A stretch of 64,000 bases of DNA from Takakia lepidozioides. Lineage: Eukaryota; Plantae; Bryophyta. Made by a program: the position numbers and the translations under genes. Positions 63,071-64,000 of this stretch are shown here, piece by piece (position 1 is the first letter of the stretch; each line of letters opens with the position of its first letter). The notes under the pieces are model-generated. The model was not told where the DNA came from and did no database searches. It saw only the letters and a program-made list of their open reading frames with translations. Where the stretch lies: NCBI GenBank assembly GCA_030704615.1, contig CM060734.1, positions 7,440,001 to 7,504,000 on the forward strand, given 5' to 3'.

Positions 63071-64000
63071 TTTCGCGAGTTCCCGGTCCAGTTTGTCTTG
63101 GTTTTCAAACTGGTACGGCGAGGCTTTGCGTATGCCCAATGGGATGGCTAAGCCCCAATCACACACCCCAATCTTGATATCTTCGGTGCCATCTGGAAAA
63201 TGCAACAAGATGTTGTCGGGGGACAAGTCGTTGTGCAGGACACCGTTCTTGTGGACAACATCCATGATGCACACCAGTGCCCATGCAAGTTTACTGCGCA
63301 CTTTCCGGAAACGAAGCAAGCGATCGCATTCCTGGAATTATGCTTCCGTTCCCCTTTGTTCCAAAATCACCCTGTTGTCCGAATCGTTGCCCCATTTTCT
63401 GTCAAGGTTCATCATGTCGCGTATTGTCCCCCCATTCCACCAGCGAGTGTAACCCTCTACCTCACGTGCATTCACAACAAAATACGAGATAACACCCGGA
63501 TGTTGGAACTTCACTGCCAAACACTCGTCGTTATGTTGTTTGAACGTTTTTTTCTGGATTTTTGGACTTGGGTTTTTTCCCCGTTAGCTCCCAATGCTCC
63601 GGTATTCTAGAATCGCCAACAATCCTACAGTGACGGACCTTAGCATACCCTCCTTCTTTGTAAGGGCCAATCTCTACCACCTTTGCACTAGAGTTCAGGT
63701 AATAAAGACCAGTTGTGCCTCCCCCGCCCGATGACCCCGCCTTCCAAGGGACAACCCTAGTCCGGCGATGTGAATTATGACTTGCCGAATAAGCCCAATA
63801 CTCAACACGCCGCATTAACTTGGCTTCGGCAGAGGGCACTCGACCCTCGGTTGTTCTACCCTTCCATGTCTTCATTAGCTGCCTCAAATTCCACGTGGCG
63901 TCTTTCGTCCTGCTTTGGATCCACCGATTGAACTTCGGTTTGTTCCTGTCCGCCGTCCACTTAGCCCCCGCCAAAGCGTTTGTCATTTTCCTCTCCATAT
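63068..64000 (-). pseudogene. Protein kinase-like gene, disrupted and truncated at the tandem array
   Basis: EGGYAKV (Gly loop), HPGVI, WWNGGT, VLHNDLSPDNILL (catalytic loop), VCDWGLA (DFG equivalent). Confidence 0.8.

Overview
Eukaryotic, transposon-dense window. It is most likely from a non-seed land plant (inferred from a plant-type eIF5, GT-AG introns and plant-type TE families). Only one clear host gene is present: intronless eIF5 (19054-20457), with two poor-context overlapping uORFs. The rest is nested mobile DNA: an RNase H + RLE non-LTR retrotransposon remnant, two paralogous Mutator-like (MULE) elements (GCM/WRKY-like - DDE - SWIM transposase), Ty3/gypsy gag/LTR remnants, an 812-bp TTAA-flanked piggyBac-like element, a Sola-like DDD transposase, an hAT element, a decayed RING gene, a ~1016-bp x8 tandem array and a truncated protein kinase. 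The main finding is in MULE-2 (TIRs 23110/40245). Divergent from its transposase it carries an apparently intact 9-exon gene of about 1,090 aa fusing a ParB/Srx-like domain to a prokaryote-type beta-class amino-DNA-methyltransferase domain. Two introns of that gene hold ten copies of a 22-bp palindrome, which also forms a 42-bp-period array at the other end of the element. The other DNA transposons here each have their own palindrome. Where these are arrayed (MULE-1, MULE-2, hAT), the spacings are 42/53/64/74 bp, i.e. whole helical turns. All domain calls come from motif recognition by eye; no searches were run.
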